Shown here piece by piece: positions 18,010-26,224 of a DNA stretch of 64,000 nt. Both the position numbers and the translations under genes were made by a program. The stretch spans positions 16,458 through 80,457 of the IMG/VR virus record IMGVR_UViG_3300042879_003566. One strand, given 5' to 3'. The notes under the pieces were generated by a model. It worked only from the letters and a program-made list of their open reading frames with translations. It searched no databases and was not told where the DNA came from. Position 1 is the stretch's first letter. Every line of letters begins with the position of its first letter. The DNA comes from a virus.

Positions 18010-18220
18010 CTTGAATTGAGAGGTCTTGACCAGAGAGCTTGTCATTGTTCTTGTTAATCCACGCCAAGATTTGCTGCGCACCCGCACGGTACGGATGAGA
18101 GAAAATCTTGTTGAGAGCTACGTCAGAGTCTAACGGAATCAACAGAAATTGATTGGATTTATTACACGCAGTAATGGCGTGTGGCACTCCATTTTTCCAG
18201 GTTGCAATGACGTAGCTCAC
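17987..18220 (-). CDS. hypothetical protein
   Basis: 77-aa ORF overlapping the polA start. Confidence 0.55.
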   Translation of the reverse strand: MSYVIATWKNGVPHAITACNKSNQFLLIPLDSDVALNKIFSHPYRAGAQQILAWINKNNDKLSGQDLSIQDEARFRK

Positions 18221-18283
18221 GGTGAACGTTGAAAGAACGCTCAGATAATATCCGATTTATTGAGCAATGCAAGATGTGCGGAA

Positions 18284-19045
18284 TTACTTTCGATTTGATT
18301 TGCCGTATCCCACAAAGTCACCATCTTTCTTGCGTTGAGACAACGCCTTGCTGGCTTCTGTACCAGCGCGTTGACTGCCATGTACCAGCAGTGCAAACGG
18401 CTTGTCGCCCAAGCAATGGCTATCGTCGTGATCGATTTCCAATCCCAGCTCAGTTGCCTGCTGTTCTGTGTAGACCACATAGGCAATGCGCTTGAACACC
18501 TTGGGGTGTTTGGGAATTAGGTAATCGAGCGTACCACCATGGGACGCAGTGAGATAGAAGTTAGGTGGAATGATGTCGGCAAGGTTAAGCCACATGCCCA
18601 ACGACTTGGTGTAGGCATAGAAGGTTTGGTTGGGCCGCTCGGTTGCAGCCATGAACCAAGCCTTCATGTAGTTCTCTGTCCAGAAATCACCAGACTCATG
18701 AACCCGCACCAATTGTTTGGGCGGCATCATGGTCAAGGACAGATCAATGAGGTCACGCAGCAGTGTGACTTGGTTGCCATTGGAATACAACGTTTCACGC
18801 AGCAAATCCCAGTTGTGCCAGCGTGCTTCCCTGACGTTGGGCCGCACTTCTGACATAGCTGCAAAGCAGCGGAACTCATCTGCTGTGGTACCAGTGGTCT
18901 GGGGCAGATCAGTGATGGTACCTGTGGCACGGTCAGCAAAGGTCTTGCAAACACCAGCGTGCGGGCAGGAGTAACCCGCTGGAAGCGAGAAGATCAAACG
19001 GTTCTTGAGCTTACCGTTACCGGTGGAAAACTTGAGGAGTTTCAT
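18284..19045 (-). CDS. GP88-like protein
   Basis: GNGKL...FSLPAGYSCP.AG.C...CFA...VRVHESGDF...FYAYTK; start MKLLKF follows the CACCACACC leader. Confidence 0.75.
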   Translation of the reverse strand: MKLLKFSTGNGKLKNRLIFSLPAGYSCPHAGVCKTFADRATGTITDLPQTTGTTADEFRCFAAMSEVRPNVREARWHNWDLLRETLYSNGNQVTLLRDLIDLSLTMMPPKQLVRVHESGDFWTENYMKAWFMAATERPNQTFYAYTKSLGMWLNLADIIPPNFYLTASHGGTLDYLIPKHPKVFKRIAYVVYTEQQATELGLEIDHDDSHCLGDKPFALLVHGSQRAGTEASKALSQRKKDGDFVGYGKSNRK

Positions 19046-19079
19046 GGTGTGGTGTGGATAAAAGATAAGCAAAGCTTAT

Positions 19080-19106
19080 GGATGAGTTTAAGGACATCCC
19101 AGGTCC
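19080..19106 (-). ncRNA. repeated pseudoknot motif A, copy 4
   Basis: GGAC-CT-GGGAT-GTCC-TTAAACT-CATCC; stem 1 covaries relative to the other copies. Confidence 0.65.
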
Positions 19107-19161
19107 GTTGATGTGTTACATGATGAACGACATCATATACAACAACGATCATATACTTTCC

Positions 19162-19175
19162 GTATCAATAGATAC
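19162..19175 (+). promoter_or_regulatory. NtcA-type box GTA-N8-TAC
   Basis: GTATCAATAGATAC lies between a TATACT -10-like hexamer (19152-19157) and the ATG at 19184. Confidence 0.55.
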
Positions 19176-19183
19176 AGAATCTT

Positions 19184-19336
19184 ATGGAACTAACGTATCG
19201 CGGCTGCAAGTATGACAAAGGGCAACAAGCCAAGAAGGATAGGGACTGGTGGAACCTGACCCATCGCCCTTGGCTGCGCCTGACATACCGTAATATTGGA
19301 TACCTTCCTTACCTGATCGGAGGTCAAATCAAATGA
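19184..19336 (+). CDS. DUF4278-like small protein (LTYRG repeats; not in ORF track)
   Basis: MELTYRGCKY...LRLTYRNIGY, 50 aa. Confidence 0.7.
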   Translation: MELTYRGCKYDKGQQAKKDRDWWNLTHRPWLRLTYRNIGYLPYLIGGQIK

Positions 19337-19449
19337 ACAAGGCACTGATTGTTTACTTAATTGATCAAAAGAAAAAGACGGCACGTAAGGATATTGAATC
19401 CAAACATGCCATCAAAGAATTAAAAAAACAACCGGCCTCGACTTTTTAA
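19333..19449 (+). CDS. 38-aa basic peptide (not in ORF track)
   Basis: MNKALIVYLIDQKKKTARKD...; ATGA overlap with the upstream gene and a terminator after it. Confidence 0.55.
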   Translation: MNKALIVYLIDQKKKTARKDIESKHAIKELKKQPASTF

Positions 19450-19462
19450 TTCCCGTTCATCA

Positions 19463-19488
19463 GCCTCCGGATCAAACGGAGGTTTTTT
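19463..19488 (+). terminator. intrinsic terminator
   Basis: cctccg-gatcaaa-cggagg followed by tttttt. Confidence 0.7.
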
Positions 19489-20119
19489 ATTGGAAGACAG
19501 CTTCTCCGATAACAGGGAATTGGTCACAGAAGATTTGCTGGATGTCTCGGGCGATTTGTTGGTGTTCGAGTTGGGTTCCATTGGCAGTGCGCAGTTGAAG
19601 GTAGTGTATCCACGAACGGAGTGTACCGTTCATGTATAGACGTGTCTGTGTCGAAAGCGGCAAAACCGCACGAGCACATTCCTTGGCGACACCGTTACTG
19701 ATCATCTCACGGTACAGATGTTCAGCGTCTTCATATAGATGACTGATGCGACGGTAGTAACCAGAGATTAAATCAGAATCCAAATCATCAATACTGTTTT
19801 GACGATTCTTCTGATCTTGACGACGCAGGTGAGGGATCACAGCGGAGCCAAGTTCACTGGCATCTGCATAGCGTTGACTGAATTCCTGGAAACTAAATGA
19901 ACGATGGCGCAAGATCTGTGGTGCGATTGCACGTGTCGTTTCAATCTCAACGCACATGTTTGCCATCTCATACGGCGACCAATGGTTGTTGTTAATTAGA
20001 TAACGCAGCAACCGTGGTGCAGTGTCCATGTTGTCTTGATTGCGCGGTGCAGAAACACGCGCCATCTTGACGATCATTTCTTCTGCGTTGGGCGTTGCCC
20101 ATACCAATTTGACAGGCAT
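19487..20119 (-). CDS. thyX: FAD-dependent thymidylate synthase
   Basis: QILRHRSFSFQEFSQRY, H.SPYE, AKECAR.VLP, LRSWIHY..LR...TQLEH. Confidence 0.97.
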   Translation of the reverse strand: MPVKLVWATPNAEEMIVKMARVSAPRNQDNMDTAPRLLRYLINNNHWSPYEMANMCVEIETTRAIAPQILRHRSFSFQEFSQRYADASELGSAVIPHLRRQDQKNRQNSIDDLDSDLISGYYRRISHLYEDAEHLYREMISNGVAKECARAVLPLSTQTRLYMNGTLRSWIHYLQLRTANGTQLEHQQIARDIQQIFCDQFPVIGEAVFQ

Positions 20120-20121
20120 CT

Positions 20122-20421
20122 TTATTCTCCAGGTACCACGGTATTTTTGCTGAGTTGATCGAGATGATCAATAGGACAAATACGCATTTGCGCGTGCTCC
20201 GTTGGAGAAGCAAGGTGGTCCCATTGGACGACAAGGACTTTCATCTTGGTACCACGGGAGTCACGCTTTTCCTTGAAGTCAATGACCGTACCGTAGCGTT
20301 GTGTCCTGTGTTGTGCGATGCGTTCACGCACATCTTGTTTGTTGGTGAAGATCCCATGGGTCTTGGGACGTTCAGCAACGCGATCACCAATGGTGTATTT
20401 GAACTGTGCTTTGTTTGCCAT
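20122..20421 (-). CDS. hypothetical protein
   Basis: Likely start MANKAQF, coupled to the upstream stop. Confidence 0.6.
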   Translation of the reverse strand: MANKAQFKYTIGDRVAERPKTHGIFTNKQDVRERIAQHRTQRYGTVIDFKEKRDSRGTKMKVLVVQWDHLASPTEHAQMRICPIDHLDQLSKNTVVPGE

Positions 20422-20765
20422 CAGATGTGAGTCCAAGCTTTTCGGTTAACAATGCGTGAGATGTACGATACGCTGATGCCGTATTTTGCAGAGATTGCTT
20501 GATGGTTAAAACCCCAGGCATGCATACGGCGAATATGCAGTACGTTCTTTTCAGTCAGTACAGCATTACCGTTGTCAGCTCCACGGGCAACGTTACCAGG
20601 CCTTGGTTTACCCTTAGGAGGACCCGGCTTCAAGACTTCGTATCGCTCAATGGTGCGGTACTTAGCATCACATGAAAGACATCGGCAATAGCGTTTAGTA
20701 AAACCAGGGAAGTGATTGGTGCAGGTGACGCGTGTGTACTTGCTTGAGCAAGACGGGCAGTTCAT
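20421..20765 (-). CDS. NrdR-like Zn-ribbon fused to a C-terminal HTH
   Basis: MNCPSC...TRV...RYCRCLSC..KYRTIE plus NAVLTE..V..IR...ISAKYGIS...ISRIVNRKAW.HI. Confidence 0.65.
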   Translation of the reverse strand: MNCPSCSSKYTRVTCTNHFPGFTKRYCRCLSCDAKYRTIERYEVLKPGPPKGKPRPGNVARGADNGNAVLTEKNVLHIRRMHAWGFNHQAISAKYGISVSYISRIVNRKAWTHI

Positions 20766-21124
20766 TGGGGATCAAGTGAACAGGGTGCGTTATCAATAGA
20801 TTGATTACGTATTTCTGCATACTTATCTAACTGCAAAGAATCCAATAAATACAGAGTATTTTCTGGGCCAATGATCTTGAATGCATCAACAATTAGATCA
20901 TGCTTACGCAAAGGGATGCGGTAGTAATCCAAAAGGATTTCTTCTGCACGATCAAAGTCATCGATGGTTCCAGTCAACCGTTCAACAACAGTGCTTGGCA
21001 TGTTGTCAACAATGTTACCAACAATGGCATCGATGACTGCTGACCAAGTCTCGGATGGAATCATCGCGATGACTTTATCAACCAAGTCAAGATCAATGGG
21101 ATCGTTTTGAGACTGACTGATCAT
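20762..21124 (-). CDS. hypothetical protein
   Basis: 120-aa ORF with ATGA overlap. Confidence 0.6.
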   Translation of the reverse strand: MISQSQNDPIDLDLVDKVIAMIPSETWSAVIDAIVGNIVDNMPSTVVERLTGTIDDFDRAEEILLDYYRIPLRKHDLIVDAFKIIGPENTLYLLDSLQLDKYAEIRNQSIDNAPCSLDPQ

Positions 21125-21128
21125 AAGG

Positions 21129-21153
21129 AAAAAGCCCCCGGTTTCCCAGGGGC
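21129..21153 (-). terminator. intrinsic terminator
   Basis: Minus strand: GCCCC(C)-TGGGAAACC-GGGGGC followed by TTTTT. Confidence 0.7.
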
Positions 21154-21174
21154 CGTCTGCACTTCTCGTGTAGT

Positions 21175-21537
21175 TTAGACCGCTTGAACCTGGGTGTCCA
21201 CCACTGGTTCCATCACGCCAGCTTCTTTGAGTTTATCGAGCATGGCGCACATGATTGTGGCGTGCTGATGGGTTTGTTCCATGAAGTGTTTGGCACGATC
21301 AGCGGTAATGGTGTGAGTACAACCATTGGGTTCGGTGTACTTCCAACTGCCATCCGGTTGAGGATCGCCTTGGAGCGCAAGGCGTTCAGAGTTGTGAACG
21401 TAGCGCAGTTCCAAGTTGTGGTAATCCTTGAGACCGTCTGGTGCAGTCCAAGTTGCACCGAGGTTGTAGCGATTGTCTTCGTCAGAAAACGCATGGAATT
21501 CAGGGATAACTGATTTGAAAGCAGCAAGAATTTGCAT
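21175..21537 (-). CDS. hypothetical protein
   Basis: 120-aa ORF with CAACACC leader. Confidence 0.65.
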   Translation of the reverse strand: MQILAAFKSVIPEFHAFSDEDNRYNLGATWTAPDGLKDYHNLELRYVHNSERLALQGDPQPDGSWKYTEPNGCTHTITADRAKHFMEQTHQHATIMCAMLDKLKEAGVMEPVVDTQVQAV

Positions 21538-21555
21538 GGTGTTGAGTAAGGGAAT

Positions 21556-21631
21556 TGGTACCCGAGGTGAGATTCGAACTCACGCTGGAGCGATTTTAAG
21601 TCGCTTGCCTCTTCCGCTGGGCTACTCGGGC
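21556..21631 (-). tRNA. trnL: tRNA-Leu(UAA) with short variable loop; CCA encoded
   Basis: GCCCGAG/CTCGGGT-A-CCA; anticodon arm AGCGA-CTTAAAA-TCGCT; variable region CCAGC; T arm GTGAG-TTCGAAT-CTCAC. Confidence 0.9.
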
Positions 21632-21843
21632 GCACTTGGACTTACGCTTACATCAATGGATGCATGCTGCCAAGTGTGGTCATGGGGCAATGGCTCAGTG
21701 CCATATTCCCATGTGTCGTAGTCTTCTTCATTACGTGGATCGTCTTCGATCAGTACGTAATGCGGAGAGTTGTCATGAATGAAATCTCCGATGTTTGCCA
21801 TAGCCATAGCCAGGAGTTGATCATCGGTGTAGTCGTGTTCCAT
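21622..21843 (-). CDS. small acidic hypothetical protein
   Basis: 73-aa ORF; its 3' end overlaps motif B and the tRNA 5' end. Confidence 0.5.
   Translation of the reverse strand: MEHDYTDDQLLAMAMANIGDFIHDNSPHYVLIEDDPRNEEDYDTWEYGTEPLPHDHTWQHASIDVSVSPSAPE
21633..21676 (-). ncRNA. hairpin motif B (GGCA...GUAAGUCC), copy abutting tRNA-Leu
   Basis: CACTTGGCA-GC...GC-GTAAGT-CCAAGTG. Confidence 0.6.
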
Positions 21844-21898
21844 GGTGAAGGACCAGCCCTAGTATCGAGGCTAAGGCTGGTCAATTTGGCTTCGGCCT

Positions 21899-23605
21899 TT
21901 AAGAGGCTAGCTGTTCATTGCGGGTTTGCAATGCCTCATGGAACCCTTCGGTGTATTGGTCTCGCTGATCAGGCGTCAGGTTTTGATTAGATAAACCTTT
22001 GATTTGATCAACGGACATCATGCCACCGTCAACCTTGAGTTGAATGGTGAACCTGGGTTTACCTTCTACCATACAAAGCACAATGAAGTGCTTCTTCTTA
22101 CGAACACCTTCAGCGTAACCAGAGGCAGAGCCAACGCAATTGCGTACGGCTTGACCCCACATGGCGAGCTGATGCGTGTCGTGTGGCTGGAAGAACGACC
22201 AAGTTTCACCATCAACAGATACTTTGATGGGTTCAGGGAATAAATCCTGCGGTAGCTTTTCATTTGGATTTTGAATCTTCCATGACTCTGCCTGGACATG
22301 GTCATGGAATTCATTGATGCGCCAACGTTTGGGAGGATTTAGATCCTTGTGCTCAAGCACGCGGTTAAGCATGTTGATTGTGTCTGACCATTCGTAGAAT
22401 CCATAAACGTGTAGACCAAGGTCACGTTCCATGGTGACGTTAGAGCCATTAGCACGTACACGTTGCTGCTCTTCTTCATAGTATTTGGCAAAGATGCCAA
22501 AGAAAGAAGCAACAGGCATGTGTTGACGCAACCAATCAATAGTCTTGTCTTGCACGGCGTACGAACGAATGCGTATGCCTAGCAATTCTTGAATGTGGTT
22601 TTGATAATAATCAATGGGACAATCAGGCCAGATGCCATGAACATAGCTAATGGAATCAACTAGTTTCTTAGCTTGATTAAAAGGTTGTTTGATGTTGACT
22701 TGTAGTTTGTTGTTCTTATCTTCATAGACAGCAATAGATTCATCTAGTTTTTGCTGGACCCACTTACGGAAGAATGGTGTATTAAAGATGTGTTTGACAT
22801 TGCGTAGTGGCAGCCAATCAAGGTATGCAGGCGTTCTTAATTCAGTAAGTGAATAGAAGTTATCAACAGTTAGCTGCCAAGTTGATTGCTCTTCTTGACT
22901 TACAAAGACAGGAGGAATCTCAAGAGCTTGGGCAATGCCAGCACATTGAAGGCGGCTAAAAAGGAAACGGCTATCATCCCAGGTGGGAATTGATTCTTGC
23001 AAGGCTTTACTGAATTCTTCAACAGCCTTGGCAATGTTCCGTCCCTTTTGGGTATAACTACCAAGATAACGAGCACGCCATTCACGATCTTCTTTGCCAT
23101 CAATGATGTCTTGACGAGTTACAAGACGACGGTCAATGAAGAATGTTGAGCGGCCAATCTCAATCTTGTTGTAGTTATCAATGTTGTTGATGATATCGCG
23201 TGGAATTGTCTTACGTGCTGATGCAGTGTCACGGAAGACACGTGCATAGCCATAGACATACTTGTCTTCTTGGCCAGCTGGCGGCAGCCATCCGGCGTAC
23301 CAACATTGTTCGAAGTGATAAAGGATTGCGCGTGTCTGGAGACGGGCCTGCGGAGTAGCAACATCCACAGGCTTGGTAAATGAGTGGTGACGATCTGGCG
23401 CAAGCTGCGTGTTAATCGAATCAATTGCATCTTGCTGCAGTGATTCACGCACCACGTCATAAGGAATGACATGCGGGATGTTGCCAAGGGGATACTTGGC
23501 TTTCTTGGCAGGAGATGATTGCTTTTGTTGGCGAACCAAAGCTTTGAGCTTGGGATCGTAGGCAATCAACTCGGTCTGCAAGTTTTGAGGAAGTTGGAAT
23601 TGCAT
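21899..23605 (-). CDS. PcfJ-like domain protein
   Basis: C-terminal HD......L...GQAVRNCVG...Y.......TIQL......QIKG..N. Confidence 0.75.
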   Translation of the reverse strand: MQFQLPQNLQTELIAYDPKLKALVRQQKQSSPAKKAKYPLGNIPHVIPYDVVRESLQQDAIDSINTQLAPDRHHSFTKPVDVATPQARLQTRAILYHFEQCWYAGWLPPAGQEDKYVYGYARVFRDTASARKTIPRDIINNIDNYNKIEIGRSTFFIDRRLVTRQDIIDGKEDREWRARYLGSYTQKGRNIAKAVEEFSKALQESIPTWDDSRFLFSRLQCAGIAQALEIPPVFVSQEEQSTWQLTVDNFYSLTELRTPAYLDWLPLRNVKHIFNTPFFRKWVQQKLDESIAVYEDKNNKLQVNIKQPFNQAKKLVDSISYVHGIWPDCPIDYYQNHIQELLGIRIRSYAVQDKTIDWLRQHMPVASFFGIFAKYYEEEQQRVRANGSNVTMERDLGLHVYGFYEWSDTINMLNRVLEHKDLNPPKRWRINEFHDHVQAESWKIQNPNEKLPQDLFPEPIKVSVDGETWSFFQPHDTHQLAMWGQAVRNCVGSASGYAEGVRKKKHFIVLCMVEGKPRFTIQLKVDGGMMSVDQIKGLSNQNLTPDQRDQYTEGFHEALQTRNEQLAS

Positions 23606-23633
23606 GGTGAGTTCAGAGTAAGTTCGTAGTGTG

Positions 23634-23661
23634 TGAGCAGTTTAATGTCATGCTCAGGACA
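23634..23661 (-). ncRNA. repeated pseudoknot motif A, copy 5
   Basis: TGTC-CT-GAGC-AT-GACA-TTAAACT-GCTC. Confidence 0.7.
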
Positions 23662-23666
23662 GGGGA

Positions 23667-23924
23667 TCAGTCTAGATCGTAATCGGAGGTGTCGACGAGT
23701 TGCCAGTGAAGATCGAGCTGATCAAGATAGCAGCAGAAGCCATCTTCATCAGTAGGGATTTGTTGTTCCTCATCCAGCTCAAAGCTTGCTGTGCAAAGAG
23801 CTGGAGCCCATTCTTCAGGTTCGAAATATGTTGCCCGATAGAGCAAACGCATTTCGTCAACCACTGCTGTAACTGTGACATTGGTACCTTCGATGATGGT
23901 GTCTTCAATAGCAAGGACAGACAT
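23667..23924 (-). CDS. acidic hypothetical protein
   Basis: 85-aa ORF. Confidence 0.6.
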   Translation of the reverse strand: MSVLAIEDTIIEGTNVTVTAVVDEMRLLYRATYFEPEEWAPALCTASFELDEEQQIPTDEDGFCCYLDQLDLHWQLVDTSDYDLD

Positions 23925-23927
23925 GAG

Positions 23928-24125
23928 TCAGACCTGAATGAATTGCTTGGGTTTCATGAAGTCAGATGTTGGTCCATACTTCTCGATAAGATCAGGGAAT
24001 GCGTCGAGCAAACGCTGACGATTCACTGGATCTGCAACGCGCAGTGCTTGTGCAATCGATGAAACAAATGAACCACCATGTGATTGCATGAGGCAAATCA
24101 TGGCGGTCAGCTGAGCTGAATTCAT
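23928..24125 (-). CDS. hypothetical protein
   Basis: GGSFV..IA.A...AD..N..RL..AFP motif; likely start MNSAQL. Confidence 0.6.
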   Translation of the reverse strand: MNSAQLTAMICLMQSHGGSFVSSIAQALRVADPVNRQRLLDAFPDLIEKYGPTSDFMKPKQFIQV

Positions 24126-24147
24126 GTGTTGAATTGCAATGGAATGT

Positions 24148-24174
24148 AGGCAGTTTAACGTCATACCCAGGACG
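24148..24174 (-). ncRNA. repeated pseudoknot motif A, copy 6
   Basis: CGTC-CT-GGGT-AT-GACG-TTAAACT-GCCT. Confidence 0.7.
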
Positions 24175-24179
24175 TATCT

Positions 24180-24377
24180 TTAGAATAATTTAATGTTTCG
24201 TTTGCTCAATCCTGTGCCAGGAATTGAGAACGATCCAAGCAGTCCAGACGGACGTGCGTTGAGTGTGAATTGGATGGGGCCAAGTCGTATCGATTTGGTG
24301 AACGACTTGATGCCCCGTTCCGTGATGTTGACTCCGGCAATAGTTTTGTCGAAGTTAAAGGCTGAGCGTTCAGTCAT
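24180..24377 (-). CDS. DUF4236-like small protein
   Basis: KSIRLGP...LN....G...SIPGTGLS. Confidence 0.55.
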   Translation of the reverse strand: MTERSAFNFDKTIAGVNITERGIKSFTKSIRLGPIQFTLNARPSGLLGSFSIPGTGLSKRNIKLF

Positions 24378-24666
24378 AACAAGAATTGGATTCGGCCAAT
24401 GTAAATCTCAATTGAAAGTATTCATCTTGATCTTTGTCTTTGGCGTAGTAACGGGCTTCAAATCCACCAGAGCCAACAACGTTGTTCTTGATGGATTCTC
24501 TTAGCAAATGGCGTGCCATTGCTTTAAGTCTTGCGATGGATGGAACTGCGTGCCCATTACCTTCAGTTGTTTGCCACTGCCAGTCAACCGCTGTCATAGC
24601 AATGTAAACACGTTGAAAATCAAACGTGTCAATTACGTTATCAATCAATGATTCTTTTGAGTCCAT
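24370..24666 (-). CDS. hypothetical protein
   Basis: FDFQRV..AM....W.W....VPSI...GSGGFEA. Confidence 0.65.
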   Translation of the reverse strand: MDSKESLIDNVIDTFDFQRVYIAMTAVDWQWQTTEGNGHAVPSIARLKAMARHLLRESIKNNVVGSGGFEARYYAKDKDQDEYFQLRFTLAESNSCYD

Positions 24667-24733
24667 TAGTTGTAGATCATGTCGAGGGACAAAATGATTG
24701 CACTAAGGAATAACATGGAGCAGAGAAGGATCA

Positions 24734-24940
24734 TCATTTGAGGTCATCAGGAAGGAGCATTTGAGTGTCTTCGTCAGACATGTTGGTCATCATGAACTTC
24801 TCTCCGTTGGGTGAAATGAAACCACCAACGAAACCAACTCCGTACTTGTCAGCTGATTCCTTCATCTTTGCTACGAGTTGCATAGCGGATAGACGTTGGA
24901 GATCAATGGAGTCTGGGATGCGGGGAGTGTTGTCAGGCAT
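24734..24940 (-). CDS. hypothetical protein
   Basis: 68-aa ORF. Confidence 0.6.
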   Translation of the reverse strand: MPDNTPRIPDSIDLQRLSAMQLVAKMKESADKYGVGFVGGFISPNGEKFMMTNMSDEDTQMLLPDDLK

Positions 24941-25054
24941 TGGAATGAAGTGGAATGATTGATGGAGTGTAGCAGGGAATAGGGGGAGTAAACATTAGTT
25001 TATCTAATAGAATTAATGGTTCCCCCCTGGTACTCCCTGCGGGGTTGTAGGGGT

Positions 25055-25312
25055 TCAGCTGTGCATAGCTTGATGTTCTTTCCATGCATTGGTATGCATT
25101 TCATCCAAAGTCAAAGGCGGTTCATTGACTTCGTCTGGATCAAAGTCAGCATCAAGGTAATTCACAAGCATTGGAATGATTTCCTCTTCGAGTAAGCAAT
25201 AGATGGACGGAGTGAGATGCTGGTCCATCTGATGCCGCTTCGCTTCACGTGCCATGACATCTTGGAGGATAGTCAATGCTTCACGCACGTGGACATACTC
25301 GTTTTGTTCCAT
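25055..25312 (-). CDS. hypothetical protein
   Basis: 85-aa ORF with ACACCACACC leader. Confidence 0.65.
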   Translation of the reverse strand: MEQNEYVHVREALTILQDVMAREAKRHQMDQHLTPSIYCLLEEEIIPMLVNYLDADFDPDEVNEPPLTLDEMHTNAWKEHQAMHS

Positions 25313-25338
25313 GGTGTGGTGTGTAGGTTGAATGGGAT

Positions 25339-25393
25339 GACCTGGGACTTACACCATTATTGAGAAGAGTTCTCAATTGTGGATGCCCAGGTC
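25339..25393 (-). ncRNA. hairpin motif B
   Basis: GACCTGGGCA-[inner hairpin]-GTAAGT-CCCAGGTC. Confidence 0.65.
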
Positions 25394-25413
25394 TTGTTGT
25401 GTTGCCAGAGAAA

Positions 25414-25656
25414 TCATCTGGGATCAAGGATGATCCAGCCCGTGTAGTTATCGCTGGTGCGATCCACACGAATTAAGCGTTTCTCTTCGAGGCTTTCAAT
25501 GGTGCGTATGTAATCAGCCATTCGATTTCCTTGGACCGGAATCTTTGGTACGAAACATGGAGTGTTCGCATGTTTCCTCCTGTGATTTAAGTAATACAGA
25601 TAGAGATTCCGTTGGTTAATACTCAGGCTGAGTGGTGCTGAGTTGTCGATTTGCAT
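25414..25656 (-). CDS. hypothetical protein (winged-helix-like)
   Basis: 80 aa, coupled to the upstream ORF. Confidence 0.55.
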   Translation of the reverse strand: MQIDNSAPLSLSINQRNLYLYYLNHRRKHANTPCFVPKIPVQGNRMADYIRTIESLEEKRLIRVDRTSDNYTGWIILDPR

Positions 25657-25991
25657 TAGATCAATCCAAGAAGACTAAGCCAACTATCGGGATGGTCCGG
25701 TTCTACTTCGTCGTCGTCCGGTGTGAACGCGACTGAGTCGAACGACCACTCTTCGATTTCCTCGTTGGTCGGGACATCGTACCAGCCTTGGAGTTCTTTG
25801 TCGGCGTACCGTGGGATCCAGTAGCACCGGAGGATGCCTCGCTTGTTGCGATAGACATCGCCGTTGCTTGGACGTTCGCCTTTCTCTCCGTCGTAGTTGA
25901 CTTCGGCTTGGTACTGTTGGTCGAGGTCTTCTTCTGAGAAGGGGACGTAGCCGAAAGATTCGGCAATTTCTTGGGTGACGGGGTGAAGCAT
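25656..25991 (-). CDS. hypothetical protein
   Basis: C-terminal EEW..DSV..TPD...VEPD..DSWL.LLGLI. Confidence 0.65.
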   Translation of the reverse strand: MLHPVTQEIAESFGYVPFSEEDLDQQYQAEVNYDGEKGERPSNGDVYRNKRGILRCYWIPRYADKELQGWYDVPTNEEIEEWSFDSVAFTPDDDEVEPDHPDSWLSLLGLI

Positions 25992-26060
25992 GAGATTAGT
26001 ACCGTGATGAGGATTGAGATGAGTGCGATGACATGAATAATGATGTCATCTTCTTGAGGA

Positions 26061-26198
26061 CTAGGAGTCTTCGTCGTCATAGATGACGCCCTCCCACTCA
26101 TCTTGATTGGATTCTGTCATTGCTTGATATTGTTCTTCTGCCATGTCAGCCATGGCATCAAGCAAGTCAGCGTTGTAGTTGTTGTCGAGTTGAGTCAT
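26061..26198 (-). CDS. 45-aa acidic peptide (not in ORF track)
   Basis: MTQLDNNYNADLLDAMADMAEEQYQAM...YDDEDS, downstream of motif B. Confidence 0.5.
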   Translation of the reverse strand: MTQLDNNYNADLLDAMADMAEEQYQAMTESNQDEWEGVIYDDEDS

Positions 26199-26224
26199 GG
26201 TTTGAATTGGTATAATGAATTGAA

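Noticed and set aside
18010-18087. Extended polA N-terminus; intein or intron in polA or terL
   Set aside because: The extension overlaps the upstream gene. Both enzymes have contiguous motifs and normal length, with no intein or intron signatures.
19453-19488. CGTTCATC...ACGGAGG resembling a glutamine (glnA/Downstream-peptide) riboswitch
   Set aside because: It lies downstream of the DUF4278-like gene rather than upstream, and is adequately explained as a terminator.
21213-21635. 140-aa ORF spanning tRNA-Leu
   Set aside because: It overlaps the tRNA and a better ORF in another frame.
11795-24174. Motif A as a CRISPR repeat or phage RNA-polymerase promoter
   Set aside because: The copies are dispersed rather than regularly spaced, no cas or RNAP gene is present, and the variation is compensatory, as expected for RNA structure.
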